A stretch of DNA of 64,000 nt from a virus: IMG/VR virus record IMGVR_UViG_3300045988_179268, positions 32,001 through 96,000 of that record. The stretch is one strand, 5' to 3'. Below the pieces are notes generated by a model, which was not told the origin of the DNA, ran no database searches, and saw nothing but the letters and a program-made list of their open reading frames with translations. Both the position numbers and the translations under genes were made by a program. Of the stretch, positions 46,411 to 56,397 are shown piece after piece (positions within the stretch are counted from its first letter, which is position 1; each line of letters opens with the position of its first letter).

Positions 46411-48177
46411 ATGCGCTACAGCCAAGAACTCATCCAGAAAGTACGTGAAGCACACGACATCATCGACGTGTTCCAAAACGCCTTCCGCAACACCAAGAAC
46501 ACAGACGTTCAAATGAGTGGCGTAAACGGCAAAGCTCTCTGCCCCTTCCACGATGAAAACACCCCCTCATTCAACCTAAACACCGTAACTGGCACATACC
46601 ATTGCTTCGGATGCGGCGAATCCGGCGACGTTATCAGCCTCATCATGGAAACCAACGGCGGCAACTTCACTGACGCTATTGAGTACCTGGCAGAAACAGC
46701 GCAACCACCTATCGAGCTACCCAAAAGAAACTCCGACGAAGGCAACGTCACCAGCAATCGCCGCCTCAAAGAAATCACCGCCGCCGCATGGGACTTCTAT
46801 GTCAAGCAATACGCTAACCTGCCTGAGAGCCACCCTGCAAAAGCTCAGGTCACTAAGCGCGCCCTCAACCCAAACCTACCTCACTACGGATATGCCCCCG
46901 GCGGTAACGCACTCACCAAACACCTCACCCAAACCTACACTCCCCACGAGCTAACCCTCGCCGGAGTCTGCGCCCAAAACAAAGACACGGGCGAACTTTA
47001 CGACTTCTGGCGTGACCGCTTGATGTTCGCCATAACAGACATGCACGGAACCCCCGTATCATTCACCGGGCGCGCCCTCAACCCGGACGAAGAACGAAAA
47101 TATGTGAACGGACGCGCAACCCCCATCTTCGAAAAAGAAAAACTTCTCTATAACCCTAACATCGCTCACGCCAACCAGACCGCCCGAGCAACAAAAACCT
47201 GCTACATCGTAGAAGGACAGTTTGATGTCATCTCAATGTACGACAACGGATACACCAATGTGTACGCAACCAGTGGTACAGCCATCACCAACCAGCACAT
47301 CAAAACCCTGCAACGACTAACCGGCGAAACGGGGAACATTATCTACATTCTCGACGGCGACAAAGCAGGAATGAAAGCAACCGCCGCCGCATACCACACT
47401 GCCCCACACGCACAAGCGCAGTCGTGGGCAGTAACCATGCCCCCAAACATCGACCCATGCGACTACCTCCAACAATACGGTCAAACCAACTTCACCAAAC
47501 ACCTCAACACCGCAATCCAGCCGCTCACCAGCGCCGCCCTCAACTACTACGCGAACATCTACAGCCCAACCGCGTTCAACACCCAAACCGCGTTCCTCAC
47601 CGAAGCCGCAAAAATGCTCGCCAACACGCCAACACCAGCCATCAAACAACTCATCATCAACACCACCGCCCAATACACCCACACCAACACCTATCAAGCA
47701 GAAAAAACACTCGAACAACGCGCAACCCAAAACCGTAAACCCACAACTGAAATACCATACGAAGGAAGCGACAACACCACTATCACACACCAGTGGAAAA
47801 CACCCAACGACGAAACGGCATACCATACCACCAAAACCCTCATCGATGCGGGTGACAAACAAACCCTCGCCGCCCGCAAACTACTACACCTCGCCCTCTA
47901 CTACGGCGCATCCCAACGACTAATCCAACCAGAATCCTGGCAAGAACTACCCGCAACCATCCACCAGCTATACAACGAAGCCGTGACACTCTACCAAGAA
48001 GGAAAAACACTACACCCCGACAACTTCACTAACCCACCACTAGCAACCCTACTAGTAGCACCCACCCAAGCGGACAGCACCCATCTCACACCTGAACAAG
48101 TCACACGTGAGTTCGACACAACCCTCAAGATGCTGACCCGCGCAAATATCCGCAAACGCAAAACAGTCCAACGCTAA
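46411..48177 (+). CDS. dnaG: DnaG-type primase (Zn-ribbon + TOPRIM) with Thr/Asn/Gln/Pro-rich C-terminal region
   Basis: CPFHDENTPSFNLNTVTGTYHCFGCGESGDVISL, LMFAITDMHGTPVSFTGR, YIVEGQFDVISM, ILDGDKAGMKA. Confidence 0.85.
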   Translation: MRYSQELIQKVREAHDIIDVFQNAFRNTKNTDVQMSGVNGKALCPFHDENTPSFNLNTVTGTYHCFGCGESGDVISLIMETNGGNFTDAIEYLAETAQPPIELPKRNSDEGNVTSNRRLKEITAAAWDFYVKQYANLPESHPAKAQVTKRALNPNLPHYGYAPGGNALTKHLTQTYTPHELTLAGVCAQNKDTGELYDFWRDRLMFAITDMHGTPVSFTGRALNPDEERKYVNGRATPIFEKEKLLYNPNIAHANQTARATKTCYIVEGQFDVISMYDNGYTNVYATSGTAITNQHIKTLQRLTGETGNIIYILDGDKAGMKATAAAYHTAPHAQAQSWAVTMPPNIDPCDYLQQYGQTNFTKHLNTAIQPLTSAALNYYANIYSPTAFNTQTAFLTEAAKMLANTPTPAIKQLIINTTAQYTHTNTYQAEKTLEQRATQNRKPTTEIPYEGSDNTTITHQWKTPNDETAYHTTKTLIDAGDKQTLAARKLLHLALYYGASQRLIQPESWQELPATIHQLYNEAVTLYQEGKTLHPDNFTNPPLATLLVAPTQADSTHLTPEQVTREFDTTLKMLTRANIRKRKTVQR

Positions 48178-48180
48178 AAC

Positions 48181-48237
48181 GCTCAAATGGGGCTGGTCTA
48201 CAAGTAGCTAAAACTTGTAGACCAGCCCCATTTGAGC
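48181..48237. terminator. Bidirectional hairpin
   Basis: Perfect 25-bp inverted repeat GCTCAAATGGGGCTGGTCTACAAGT / ACTTGTAGACCAGCCCCATTTGAGC, 7-nt loop. Confidence 0.8.
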
Positions 48238-48246
48238 GTATAAAAA

Positions 48247-49440
48247 TTAACGCATCAGCTTAGCGACAGCAACAACTGCATCCACATATTCGTCGCCCAA
48301 ACGTCCATACTCGATAGGGCGAACCATGCCAAACCAAGCAGAAGGAGTCTCTAGGAACCTTACGACCTTCTCCGGTGCCCAACTCAACGCAGATAACTCC
48401 TGAATCAGCCGCGCCGCCGCTGGGCAAATCAGCCATGCATCCACAAATCCATCCATCTCATTTAGAATAGGGGAGAAATTGCACCGCGCAAACTCATACT
48501 CACCATCGACAACATTCATAACAAGCAACTCGCCACGGTCACCCATGCGCCTAACCTCATCAACACTTGCCCCTAAAAGGCGAGATACAGTCCTCTCACT
48601 AACCCAACACAAACTCCAATCAGAAGCCTTCCTGCCAGTGTCCTTGGCGCGGCTAAGTAAAACACTTTCCTGCATATGAAGAGCGTCCGCGACCTGCTCA
48701 AAAGCGTAATCATCGAAGCCGCCGCCAGCAGTCTCAACCACCAAAGCGTCAGCGTTAAACCCAGTGCCAACCAACGCCCTAACAATGCCCGGATTCGGGA
48801 CGTTACCCACCGACGTTACCCGCCAACGCCTTACAGATGAATCGGTGTGCCAAGCCAAAATATGCGCATACACATCAGCGATAACCAACGTCCTCAAATC
48901 CTTATCGCCAGACATCAAAAGCTCAGCTGGAGTGAGGAACCCGTAATCATCCTTCGGGTCAAACAAAAACGAAACAGCCTCCGCCACAGGAACGCCACTA
49001 CGAGCCAAAATCTCAGAACACTCAAATAACTCAGGGTAGAAAACCTCCATGCCCTCACCACAACAAGAGAACTGAGCACGAGGAAACACCAAGCCGCCAG
49101 CCTCTTCGCACTCTTTACCAAGGATGCTACCGTCGTGGTACAAGCGCATCACAACATCCTCAGGCACCCCACGCCCCTTCAAACTATCAACAGTCTCAGC
49201 ATATTTAGACAACTCCAACTCAAAACTCCAAGAATGGGCACCGCCACCCCAAGAATCCCTCAAACGAGAGCTAATCCACTCAGCAGGAAGCCCTAACAAC
49301 TCCACAGCAGGCGCAATATTCGCATACTGCCAATCCACGTCCGGCACCTTCACCAGCCCCAAAGAACGCAACCTCAAAATATCCTCAGCCTTAGGGAACT
49401 TAAAACCCTCAATGTTCCTGTTAAAAACGTCATAAAGCAC
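48247..49440 (-). CDS. Hypothetical protein (397 aa)
   Basis: A long ORF on the G/T-rich (stop-prone) strand is unlikely by chance. Two segments (TPAELLMSGDKD..., ETPSAWFGMVRPIEYGRLGDEYVDAV) vaguely resemble DUF2384-type antitoxin C-domains. Confidence 0.55.
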   Translation of the reverse strand: MLYDVFNRNIEGFKFPKAEDILRLRSLGLVKVPDVDWQYANIAPAVELLGLPAEWISSRLRDSWGGGAHSWSFELELSKYAETVDSLKGRGVPEDVVMRLYHDGSILGKECEEAGGLVFPRAQFSCCGEGMEVFYPELFECSEILARSGVPVAEAVSFLFDPKDDYGFLTPAELLMSGDKDLRTLVIADVYAHILAWHTDSSVRRWRVTSVGNVPNPGIVRALVGTGFNADALVVETAGGGFDDYAFEQVADALHMQESVLLSRAKDTGRKASDWSLCWVSERTVSRLLGASVDEVRRMGDRGELLVMNVVDGEYEFARCNFSPILNEMDGFVDAWLICPAAARLIQELSALSWAPEKVVRFLETPSAWFGMVRPIEYGRLGDEYVDAVVAVAKLMR

Positions 49441-49555
49441 AGCAAATATCCTCTCAAAACAACAACGTTAAGCCACTCACATTGTACCAAATACGCCATT
49501 CGCGCTATAGGGAAAACAGGATAAGAAATGTCGAAGTAGCGAAAGTAAGGATGGA

Positions 49556-52156
49556 ATGAACCAGGAAGCGCTAAATTACCAACGAGAAGGTAATGAGGTG
49601 CCCAATGATAGTCAGAAACCAGCTGAAAACTCGGCTGTAAACGACTTTGTGGGCAATCTGATATACACGCTCATCAAATGGGCGTTCATTATCATCGCCG
49701 TAGTGCTTTGTAGCCCAGCACTCATCGCCGCCACCATCATCATCAGCTGGTCATACTACTACCTGACCCGAAGGAAAATGATGCAAGCCTCCGAAGTGGG
49801 GTTATATATGGGCGGCACGGCGTTAGGCGGGTTACTTCTCTGGTTCATCTTAGATGTCCCGAAGAAGTTTGCCAGCGCCTTCAACTCACTGATGCAAGCA
49901 CCCGGCGAATACCTCTCACCAACAGGGATATTTGACCTTGTTGGCACTTTCAGTACACCCTTCACCATCGCAGGAATCATCCTGGGCGCGCTACTCGGAT
50001 GGGCACTCGCCGCCAAAATCCAATACGACTACAACCATAACGAAGAACTAAAGTACAATGACTCATTCTGGATGAGTGAGAAGAAATTTAAGTACCGCCC
50101 AACCCCAAAACAGCGCCGCAACCGCAACAAACTCGAAGAGGAAATCAGCGAAGGCGCTAACTTCATCCTGCCCAACGAACGCCCAGACATGTCGCCAGGC
50201 GTAGCATACGGCATCAACGAAGAATCAGGCGAAGGCGTATGGTTCACTGTGCCCGAAATTCCCCGCCACGTCATCAAAGTCGGCGCACCTGGTAGTGGCA
50301 AAACTGCAACCACCGAAAGCGAAATTCGCGCCAACGCAAAACTAGGAATCACAAGCATCCTTGTAAACATGAAAGCCGACCTCGGACTTGCCCGAAAACT
50401 AGCGAACTACGCCGCCGAAGAAAACGTAAACTTCTACCATTTTACACAAGGCAACCCCGCCACCGGCGAATACGATAACGCCTACAACCCCCACGGTCCC
50501 GCATACCTTGACCCATTCGCCGGGCTTAAAACAGCTGAAAAGCTGGACATTGCCATCGGCTTCCAGAAATACCAAGACGAGGCTCAGAAATACAAGAACG
50601 ACGTGTGGGCGACCCTCCAGATACTCCTCAAAGCTCTAGACGAACTAGAGGAATACATGAAGGAAAAAGAACGCACTAACCCCGCCGAATATGTCCTCCT
50701 GGCAGACGAACTAGAGCAAGCTGGAATCCCTTGGCATAACGGCGAGTTTAGGCGATTCTGTGGTGCCCTCATGTCCCCCGAAGTGCTACTCAACCACCTA
50801 CCCGAAGGCAACCTCACGGGCGCTGAACTACGCCGCCGAATCCTTGAAGGTGCAAGCGGTAACGTCAAAACATCCTGGGAAACTCCACGTGGCAACGTCA
50901 GCATCATGCTCAACTCAGCATACGGGCGCTGGCTTGGGCTTCCTCAAAATGGGGAGCCCTACATCGACTTTGACAAAATTGTCGCCCCTAACGCAACGCC
51001 GTCCATTGTACTGCTTGATTTCAATGCTGACTCTGAGGTTGAAGTCAGTACCGGCTTCGGTAAGATGCTTGCAAGCCTCCTCACCAGCATGTCATCACAC
51101 CGCCGCCGCGACGACACCCAAAAGCTGAACGTCATCCAAATTTTCTTTGACGAGTTCCAGACCATTCCGCTAACCAGTATCGCAGGTCTGCTGGAAAAAG
51201 CACGCTCCTCAAATGTTGGTATCTCCCTCGGACAGCAGAACCTTGAACAGCTTTACGAAAAGAACGACCCAGCGGCAGTGAACAGCCTCCTAGTGAATGC
51301 AGATACCCTTGTTGTACTAGGCGGCATGAAGGGTGGCGAAACCGCTAAACGCATCGTCACCCTCGCCGGAACCAAAGAAATTAAACGTTACAAAGTGGAC
51401 TCAAAGCGTGAACGTGTCCTTTGGAAGAACCTTATCCAATGGGACGATAACCGCCGCTACTACAAGTCTGTAGAAAAGGTCACCGTCCCCCGCGTCTCCG
51501 AAGAACAGCTCATTAATCTCCGCCGACCTAACCCAGACAAGGGAACCTTCTATACGGAAGGCATGATTATTCGAAAGACCCCGTACATCGACCCCATCAC
51601 AGGTGAAACCCGTGAAAGGATGGACGGCACCCTAACACACATCATCCTCCCTAAACAGGTACTCGAAAAGCTACCCCGCGTACCGTCCGAACCTGTCGTC
51701 CCACCGACTACCACCTACACCCCCAAACACTACCCTAAGCTAAATAAAAAAATCTCAAAGCCTCAACCTAAAACTAGTACTCATGAACAAACCAAAAAAC
51801 AGCAAGCCCCTAAGGTAAGCCCCCAACCAGCCGTGGTAAAGCCTGCACCTAAAGCGCGTCCAGTGGTCACGCCGCCAACAGCCACGCCGCCACCGCCGCC
51901 ACCACAGCCCACAAAAGCTACCCCGCAACCAGCAGGGAACGCTATGAACAAACCAAAGAAACCGCAACTAACCCAAGCCCCCGCGAAAGGACAAAACAAC
52001 GCACAGCCGAAAAAGCCACGGCTAACCCAACCCGCCAAACCCGCCGAAGAAGCACTCCCACCAGTGCAACTCCAACCACGCATCATGCGCGGAGTAATTT
52101 CTGAAAGCGTCCAGACCCGCAAAACCCAACAGACAAAGAAAGACGAGAACCAATAA
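49556..52156 (+). CDS. Type IV coupling protein (VirD4/TraG/TcpA-like) with Pro/Lys-rich C-terminal tail
   Basis: N-terminal TM helices, Walker A VGAPGSGKTATT, Walker B IQIFFDEFQTI, ISLGQQNLEQL. Confidence 0.75.
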   Translation: MNQEALNYQREGNEVPNDSQKPAENSAVNDFVGNLIYTLIKWAFIIIAVVLCSPALIAATIIISWSYYYLTRRKMMQASEVGLYMGGTALGGLLLWFILDVPKKFASAFNSLMQAPGEYLSPTGIFDLVGTFSTPFTIAGIILGALLGWALAAKIQYDYNHNEELKYNDSFWMSEKKFKYRPTPKQRRNRNKLEEEISEGANFILPNERPDMSPGVAYGINEESGEGVWFTVPEIPRHVIKVGAPGSGKTATTESEIRANAKLGITSILVNMKADLGLARKLANYAAEENVNFYHFTQGNPATGEYDNAYNPHGPAYLDPFAGLKTAEKLDIAIGFQKYQDEAQKYKNDVWATLQILLKALDELEEYMKEKERTNPAEYVLLADELEQAGIPWHNGEFRRFCGALMSPEVLLNHLPEGNLTGAELRRRILEGASGNVKTSWETPRGNVSIMLNSAYGRWLGLPQNGEPYIDFDKIVAPNATPSIVLLDFNADSEVEVSTGFGKMLASLLTSMSSHRRRDDTQKLNVIQIFFDEFQTIPLTSIAGLLEKARSSNVGISLGQQNLEQLYEKNDPAAVNSLLVNADTLVVLGGMKGGETAKRIVTLAGTKEIKRYKVDSKRERVLWKNLIQWDDNRRYYKSVEKVTVPRVSEEQLINLRRPNPDKGTFYTEGMIIRKTPYIDPITGETRERMDGTLTHIILPKQVLEKLPRVPSEPVVPPTTTYTPKHYPKLNKKISKPQPKTSTHEQTKKQQAPKVSPQPAVVKPAPKARPVVTPPTATPPPPPPQPTKATPQPAGNAMNKPKKPQLTQAPAKGQNNAQPKKPRLTQPAKPAEEALPPVQLQPRIMRGVISESVQTRKTQQTKKDENQ

Positions 52157-53385
52157 TGGCTATTAAACACGAACGCAACAATAAGCGACAGGTAAATCCA
52201 GTACAGCCCACAGACCAACCTATTACCTTCAACGAAGACGAAGACAGTACCCTATACGCCAAGAATAACAACGGCGGCGGCATCTCAGTTCTAGGCGACC
52301 CAAAATACGTGAACCTAAAGGACAAAGAGAAACGTGGACGCATCGTCTCATACGTCCTAGCAGGACTACTAGCCACATGCTTCATCGGGAACAGTGTATA
52401 CCAGTTCACCCTACCTAAACCGCCGAGCGACGCAAAAATTGCTTCCATCGCACGTTCAGCAGTAGGGGAGACGGGGTTCAACAAGCAAGCAGGCGAAGAC
52501 ATTGCAGTAAGCTACGTCAAAGCATACCTAAGCCTCAAAACAGACGAAACAGCTGAAAAACAGCTTGCCTGGTATCTTACAGGCGACAGTCTCTCATCAG
52601 CCAGCGACCCTGGCACATCGGGGAATATCCGAACAAGCACAGCAAACGCCGCACAGCAAGTTATCGGAACACCGCAAGTGACAAGGATTGCAGTACATAA
52701 AAACTCAGCCCTTGCAACATACCGAGTTGTGGCACTCGTCAAACCTGCCGCCACCGGAACTGGAACCACAGTGAAGGACGCGGCAAAAAACAATAACCAG
52801 AACGCGGAACTTAAACAAATCTCCATGTCTGTCACCGTAGCTTTCGACAAGGACACCTCGAAATACTACATCGCCACACCACACCCTTCTATCGTCCCTT
52901 CACTATCAATGGGCAAGTCCCAAGAACTAGTTAAGAGCAAAGGCATCCCTGGCGCAAAAATTCAAAATAGCGCCGACACTGATGCTGTTATTCAGGGCTA
53001 TTTTAAGGCTTATGTATCAGCAACCCTGGAAAAGCCAGGCGACCTATCACAGTATGTCCTTGATATTAAGAAGGCAACGGTTGCAACAACCGGGTTCGGC
53101 GGTCAGTACACCATCAACACCAACAGCATCAGCTACGAGGCATACCGCCAAGAAAACGGCGACATCATCGCCAAGGTGAACCTTGAGCTAATTGACGAAC
53201 TTGGTGGGAGCACTGACACCGACACCAAAGAGAGTGCGAAGCAGAACATCACCTATCCGGTAACTTACAAGGTGACTCTCGCTAAGCAGTCTAACGGTAA
53301 GTATCTTGTGTCTAACCTCGAACCGGACGTTTACGACACAGACGCTACCAACATTACCAAATACAGTTCTAGTACTAGTGAATAA
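52156..53385 (+). CDS. TcpC/Orf13-like conjugal transfer protein (TM anchor + extracellular repeats)
   Basis: TAATG overlap with the upstream gene. TM IVSYVLAGLLATCFIG. SYVKAYLSLK and QGYFKAYVSAT repeats are typical of a duplicated NTF2-like TcpC architecture. Confidence 0.45.
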   Translation: MAIKHERNNKRQVNPVQPTDQPITFNEDEDSTLYAKNNNGGGISVLGDPKYVNLKDKEKRGRIVSYVLAGLLATCFIGNSVYQFTLPKPPSDAKIASIARSAVGETGFNKQAGEDIAVSYVKAYLSLKTDETAEKQLAWYLTGDSLSSASDPGTSGNIRTSTANAAQQVIGTPQVTRIAVHKNSALATYRVVALVKPAATGTGTTVKDAAKNNNQNAELKQISMSVTVAFDKDTSKYYIATPHPSIVPSLSMGKSQELVKSKGIPGAKIQNSADTDAVIQGYFKAYVSATLEKPGDLSQYVLDIKKATVATTGFGGQYTINTNSISYEAYRQENGDIIAKVNLELIDELGGSTDTDTKESAKQNITYPVTYKVTLAKQSNGKYLVSNLEPDVYDTDATNITKYSSSTSE

Positions 53386-53446
53386 AACTCCCTGATATAT
53401 ATACAGGGACAATACTAGTATCTTAAAGAAATTGGAGTATATAACC

Positions 53447-53728
53447 TTGATTACCTCTATCGTCCTCCCTCTAGCGGCAATTGGTCTTAAGCAATGGATT
53501 TGTGGCATCATCGCAATCGTCGTACTCGCCGTTGCCGCTATCCCAATGATTGATGTCATTAAGCAGAGTAGCGTCAAGAAGGGCGCACTGCTCATCCTCT
53601 GCCTGCTTATGGTTGCGGTTGCTGTGTATGCGGCAATGAACTGGATTATCCCAGATAACGCATTCGTCAATGCCGCCGCCGAAAAGGTGGAGAACTTCGG
53701 TACAGACGCACTAAACCAGACAGCATAG
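53447..53728 (+). CDS. Small three-helix membrane protein (TcpD/TcpE or pilin-like T4SS component)
   Basis: TTG 9 nt after GGAG inside ORF 53432..53728; mostly hydrophobic. Confidence 0.45.
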   Translation: MITSIVLPLAAIGLKQWICGIIAIVVLAVAAIPMIDVIKQSSVKKGALLILCLLMVAVAVYAAMNWIIPDNAFVNAAAEKVENFGTDALNQTA

Positions 53729-53765
53729 CGCACACCATAAAGAAGCATAACTGCTTCTAAACCAA

Positions 53766-53804
53766 AGAAGCCCCTCACCATGAATCCAATGGTGAGGGGC
53801 TTCT
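53766..53804 (+). terminator. Hairpin inside the T4SS block
   Basis: Perfect 16-bp inverted repeat AGAAGCCCCTCACCAT / ATGGTGAGGGGCTTCT. Confidence 0.65.
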
Positions 53805-53868
53805 GATATGAAATATACAGCAAAGAACTAACCCACCAAAGAAAACATTAAAGGAGTAGACAAAACTT

Positions 53869-55380
53869 ATGGCATCTACACTTCCCTTCAACCCACTCAA
53901 GTCACTGCCAGGCGAAAAGAAACTTGCCCGCCCTGAAACTAACACCAAGCCACGAGAACTGGACATCCCCCAGAAAACAATCGCCCGAAACATGGTGTTC
54001 AGCGAAACGGAAGTGTGGGCATTCTACAGAATGTCCAGCGCCCAGTTCGACTTCGAATCAATCGACATGAAGTCAGCACTGCTACACATGTCAGCTGAGG
54101 CATACGCAAGCCTGCTAAACCTTAAAGGCGAATCAGACCCAATCCACATTTTCCCTTTCACCCTGTCTACACCTCTTGACCCTAACGTCTTCCTCGCCAC
54201 ATCCTACAACCAGGCACAGGCGCTAGTGAATCCACAGTACGACAACATCATGAAAATCCAAGCGTCCGTCCTCAAAGACGCTAACATCTCCCTCAAAGAT
54301 GCATACCTCGGTGTGCTTCTTGGGGAACGCAAAAAATTCCAGAAAGTCAGCACGAACTCTGACGAGGAACAAGAAGAGAACAACCTTCAAGACGCAAAGA
54401 AAGCATTCTTCGAAGGTGTTAAGCAAGGCTCAAGATTCCTCAAAGAGAACGCAAAACTGTTCCTCGGCATCTACAGTGAACATGTTTCCGACACCGAAGA
54501 ACGTAACGCCGCTAAACGAGAGAAAGTCATCCAGCGCGCCCTGCGCCACAGCATACTCGCCTGCGAACCTCTCACCCGCGACGAAATCCTACTCGCAACC
54601 AAAAGCCTCGTTCACCCCGGCGCGCCCAGCATCCCCCCGCTAGAAATCGACCCCGGTGAACGAGTCGGAAGCCACCAAATTGCCTACGAATACGCACACC
54701 TCATCGACAACTCTAGGAACACTTGTCTAGTTATCACGCAGGAATACACCAAAGCAACCCTGAAAAAGTACGTTGCAACATTCACCGTGTCACAACTTCC
54801 AGAGGTACTAGAGTTCCCCCGTATGCAACCCTTCGCAGAAATCGCAAACTACGCAGTGCCCAACGCAAGCATTTTCGCTCGCCTAGCAATCGTCCCTAAC
54901 ACCGTCATGGGCGAAGCGTTCAGCTTTGTGCGCCAACAGCACATCCTGGAAGCCGAAGACCTCAAAAAGAGTGACGAAACAATCCAGGAATACGGGCACG
55001 CAGGCGTAACCGAACTACAGAAATCTAACGCCCGCCTCGAAATGCTAATGGACGAGAATGAACGAGTCGGTGCGCCCTGGGTTCGCGGCAGTATCCACAT
55101 CCGCGTGTACGGAGACAGCTACGAAGAGCTAGAAGAACAATTCGAAATACTTAAACAGCAGTACCGAAGCCAAAACATCAGCCTACGCTGGACTCGCAAC
55201 AACCAACTAGAACTATTCATGTCAGCATTCCCCGGCTCAAGCCTCTATGTAGGCGGAATAACGAACAACCACGTTCTCTCGAACCAGTTCACCGGCTACC
55301 TGGGACTCAACTTTGCCGCTAACATCGGTGACGAACTCAAACCGAACGCCCTACGTGACAGCACAGCTCCACGCATCTAA
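53869..55380 (+). CDS. VirB4 N-terminal-domain-like protein without P-loop (SCO6880-family-like)
   Basis: Occupies the VirB4/TcpF position. EVWAFYRMSSAQFDF and the C-terminal NQLELFMSAFPGSS...NHVLSNQFTGYLGL resemble a VirB4 N-domain and linker. No Walker A or B found. Confidence 0.4.
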   Translation: MASTLPFNPLKSLPGEKKLARPETNTKPRELDIPQKTIARNMVFSETEVWAFYRMSSAQFDFESIDMKSALLHMSAEAYASLLNLKGESDPIHIFPFTLSTPLDPNVFLATSYNQAQALVNPQYDNIMKIQASVLKDANISLKDAYLGVLLGERKKFQKVSTNSDEEQEENNLQDAKKAFFEGVKQGSRFLKENAKLFLGIYSEHVSDTEERNAAKREKVIQRALRHSILACEPLTRDEILLATKSLVHPGAPSIPPLEIDPGERVGSHQIAYEYAHLIDNSRNTCLVITQEYTKATLKKYVATFTVSQLPEVLEFPRMQPFAEIANYAVPNASIFARLAIVPNTVMGEAFSFVRQQHILEAEDLKKSDETIQEYGHAGVTELQKSNARLEMLMDENERVGAPWVRGSIHIRVYGDSYEELEEQFEILKQQYRSQNISLRWTRNNQLELFMSAFPGSSLYVGGITNNHVLSNQFTGYLGLNFAANIGDELKPNALRDSTAPRI

Positions 55381-55404
55381 ACCATAAGGAAGGAGAGCCG
55401 AGAC

Positions 55405-56286
55405 ATGGCTCAAGGTCAAGGTAAACAATCTGGCGGGGTGGTGAAAACGTTTTTTGTCGCAATCATCCTCATCGCCATGCTCAGTTCGCCGTACTTCTTC
55501 GGCGTGGCGAAGACTGGGAGCTTCGACCCTAAAACAGCGCTAACTTACACGTTCAACGTGTTTGGCAACGCAGGCGGAAACTGCCTTGAAAGCACCCTCC
55601 TCAGTTCCAAGGAATGCAAGCTTGTTGCCCCCGGCGTAGGCGGAGGCAACGTAGGTACAGGCGCAGGCGGTAAGCTACCCGAAGCGGCGCTACCCAACAA
55701 ACCTGCAAACAAAACCGCTGAGGCAGTTACCGCCTACGGAAAAGCTTTAGATACCCTCAAAGTATCTAAAGCCGAAGACGCAGAGTTTAAAACCGAAGAC
55801 TGGAACGTTTGGGCTATTAACAGTGACGGTTGTACCACCCGTGCAGAAGTCCTGAAAACCCAAGGTAAAGATGTCGCAACTAAAGACGGCGACCCTGCCT
55901 CATGTGACATCACCGCCGGAACTTGGGTCGGCGCTTACGATGGGAACACCTTCACCGTGAAGCCAGGCGAAAACCCCACTGAACTACGTAAGCACATTAG
56001 CGTAGACCCTATCATCTCCAACAAATACGCCAACAGCCACGGCGCTAAAGGTTGGGATGCTGATAAGAAAAGTGCCTTCGCCAACGACACCACCCAGCTA
56101 GTCGTCGCATCCACTGAATCTGCAAAGGCTAAAGATGGTAAATCGCCTGCCGAGTATATGCCTCAAGCAAGCGAACAATGCCACTACTCCCAGATGTGGA
56201 TTGATACAGCCACCAAATACAATCTAAGCATCACTCAGTCTGATAAGAATGCCCTCCAAAAGGGGCTACAGACCTGCAACAGCTAA
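55405..56286 (+). CDS. Secreted DUF1524/HNH-like nuclease-fold protein with altered active-site residues
   Basis: Signal anchor, GCTTRAEVL, CDITAGTWVGAYDG, ISVDPIISN (where the family has IDH), AFANDTTQLV, CHYSQMWIDTATKYNL. Confidence 0.45.
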   Translation: MAQGQGKQSGGVVKTFFVAIILIAMLSSPYFFGVAKTGSFDPKTALTYTFNVFGNAGGNCLESTLLSSKECKLVAPGVGGGNVGTGAGGKLPEAALPNKPANKTAEAVTAYGKALDTLKVSKAEDAEFKTEDWNVWAINSDGCTTRAEVLKTQGKDVATKDGDPASCDITAGTWVGAYDGNTFTVKPGENPTELRKHISVDPIISNKYANSHGAKGWDADKKSAFANDTTQLVVASTESAKAKDGKSPAEYMPQASEQCHYSQMWIDTATKYNLSITQSDKNALQKGLQTCNS

Positions 56287-56397
56287 CTTAGGCACTGAAA
56301 CCCGCCATACCCCAACCCGGCGGGTTTCGGTGTTTCTGCTATAACCTAAAGAACCCGAAAAATACGTCTGCTATATGGAAAAGCTCTGGAGAAGCGC

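Noticed and set aside
53188-53823. 211-aa minus-strand ORF overlapping the end of the TcpC-like gene and the small membrane-protein gene
   Set aside because: It overlaps two co-oriented plus-strand genes and a plus-strand terminator. The hydrophobic translation is the mirror of the membrane protein.
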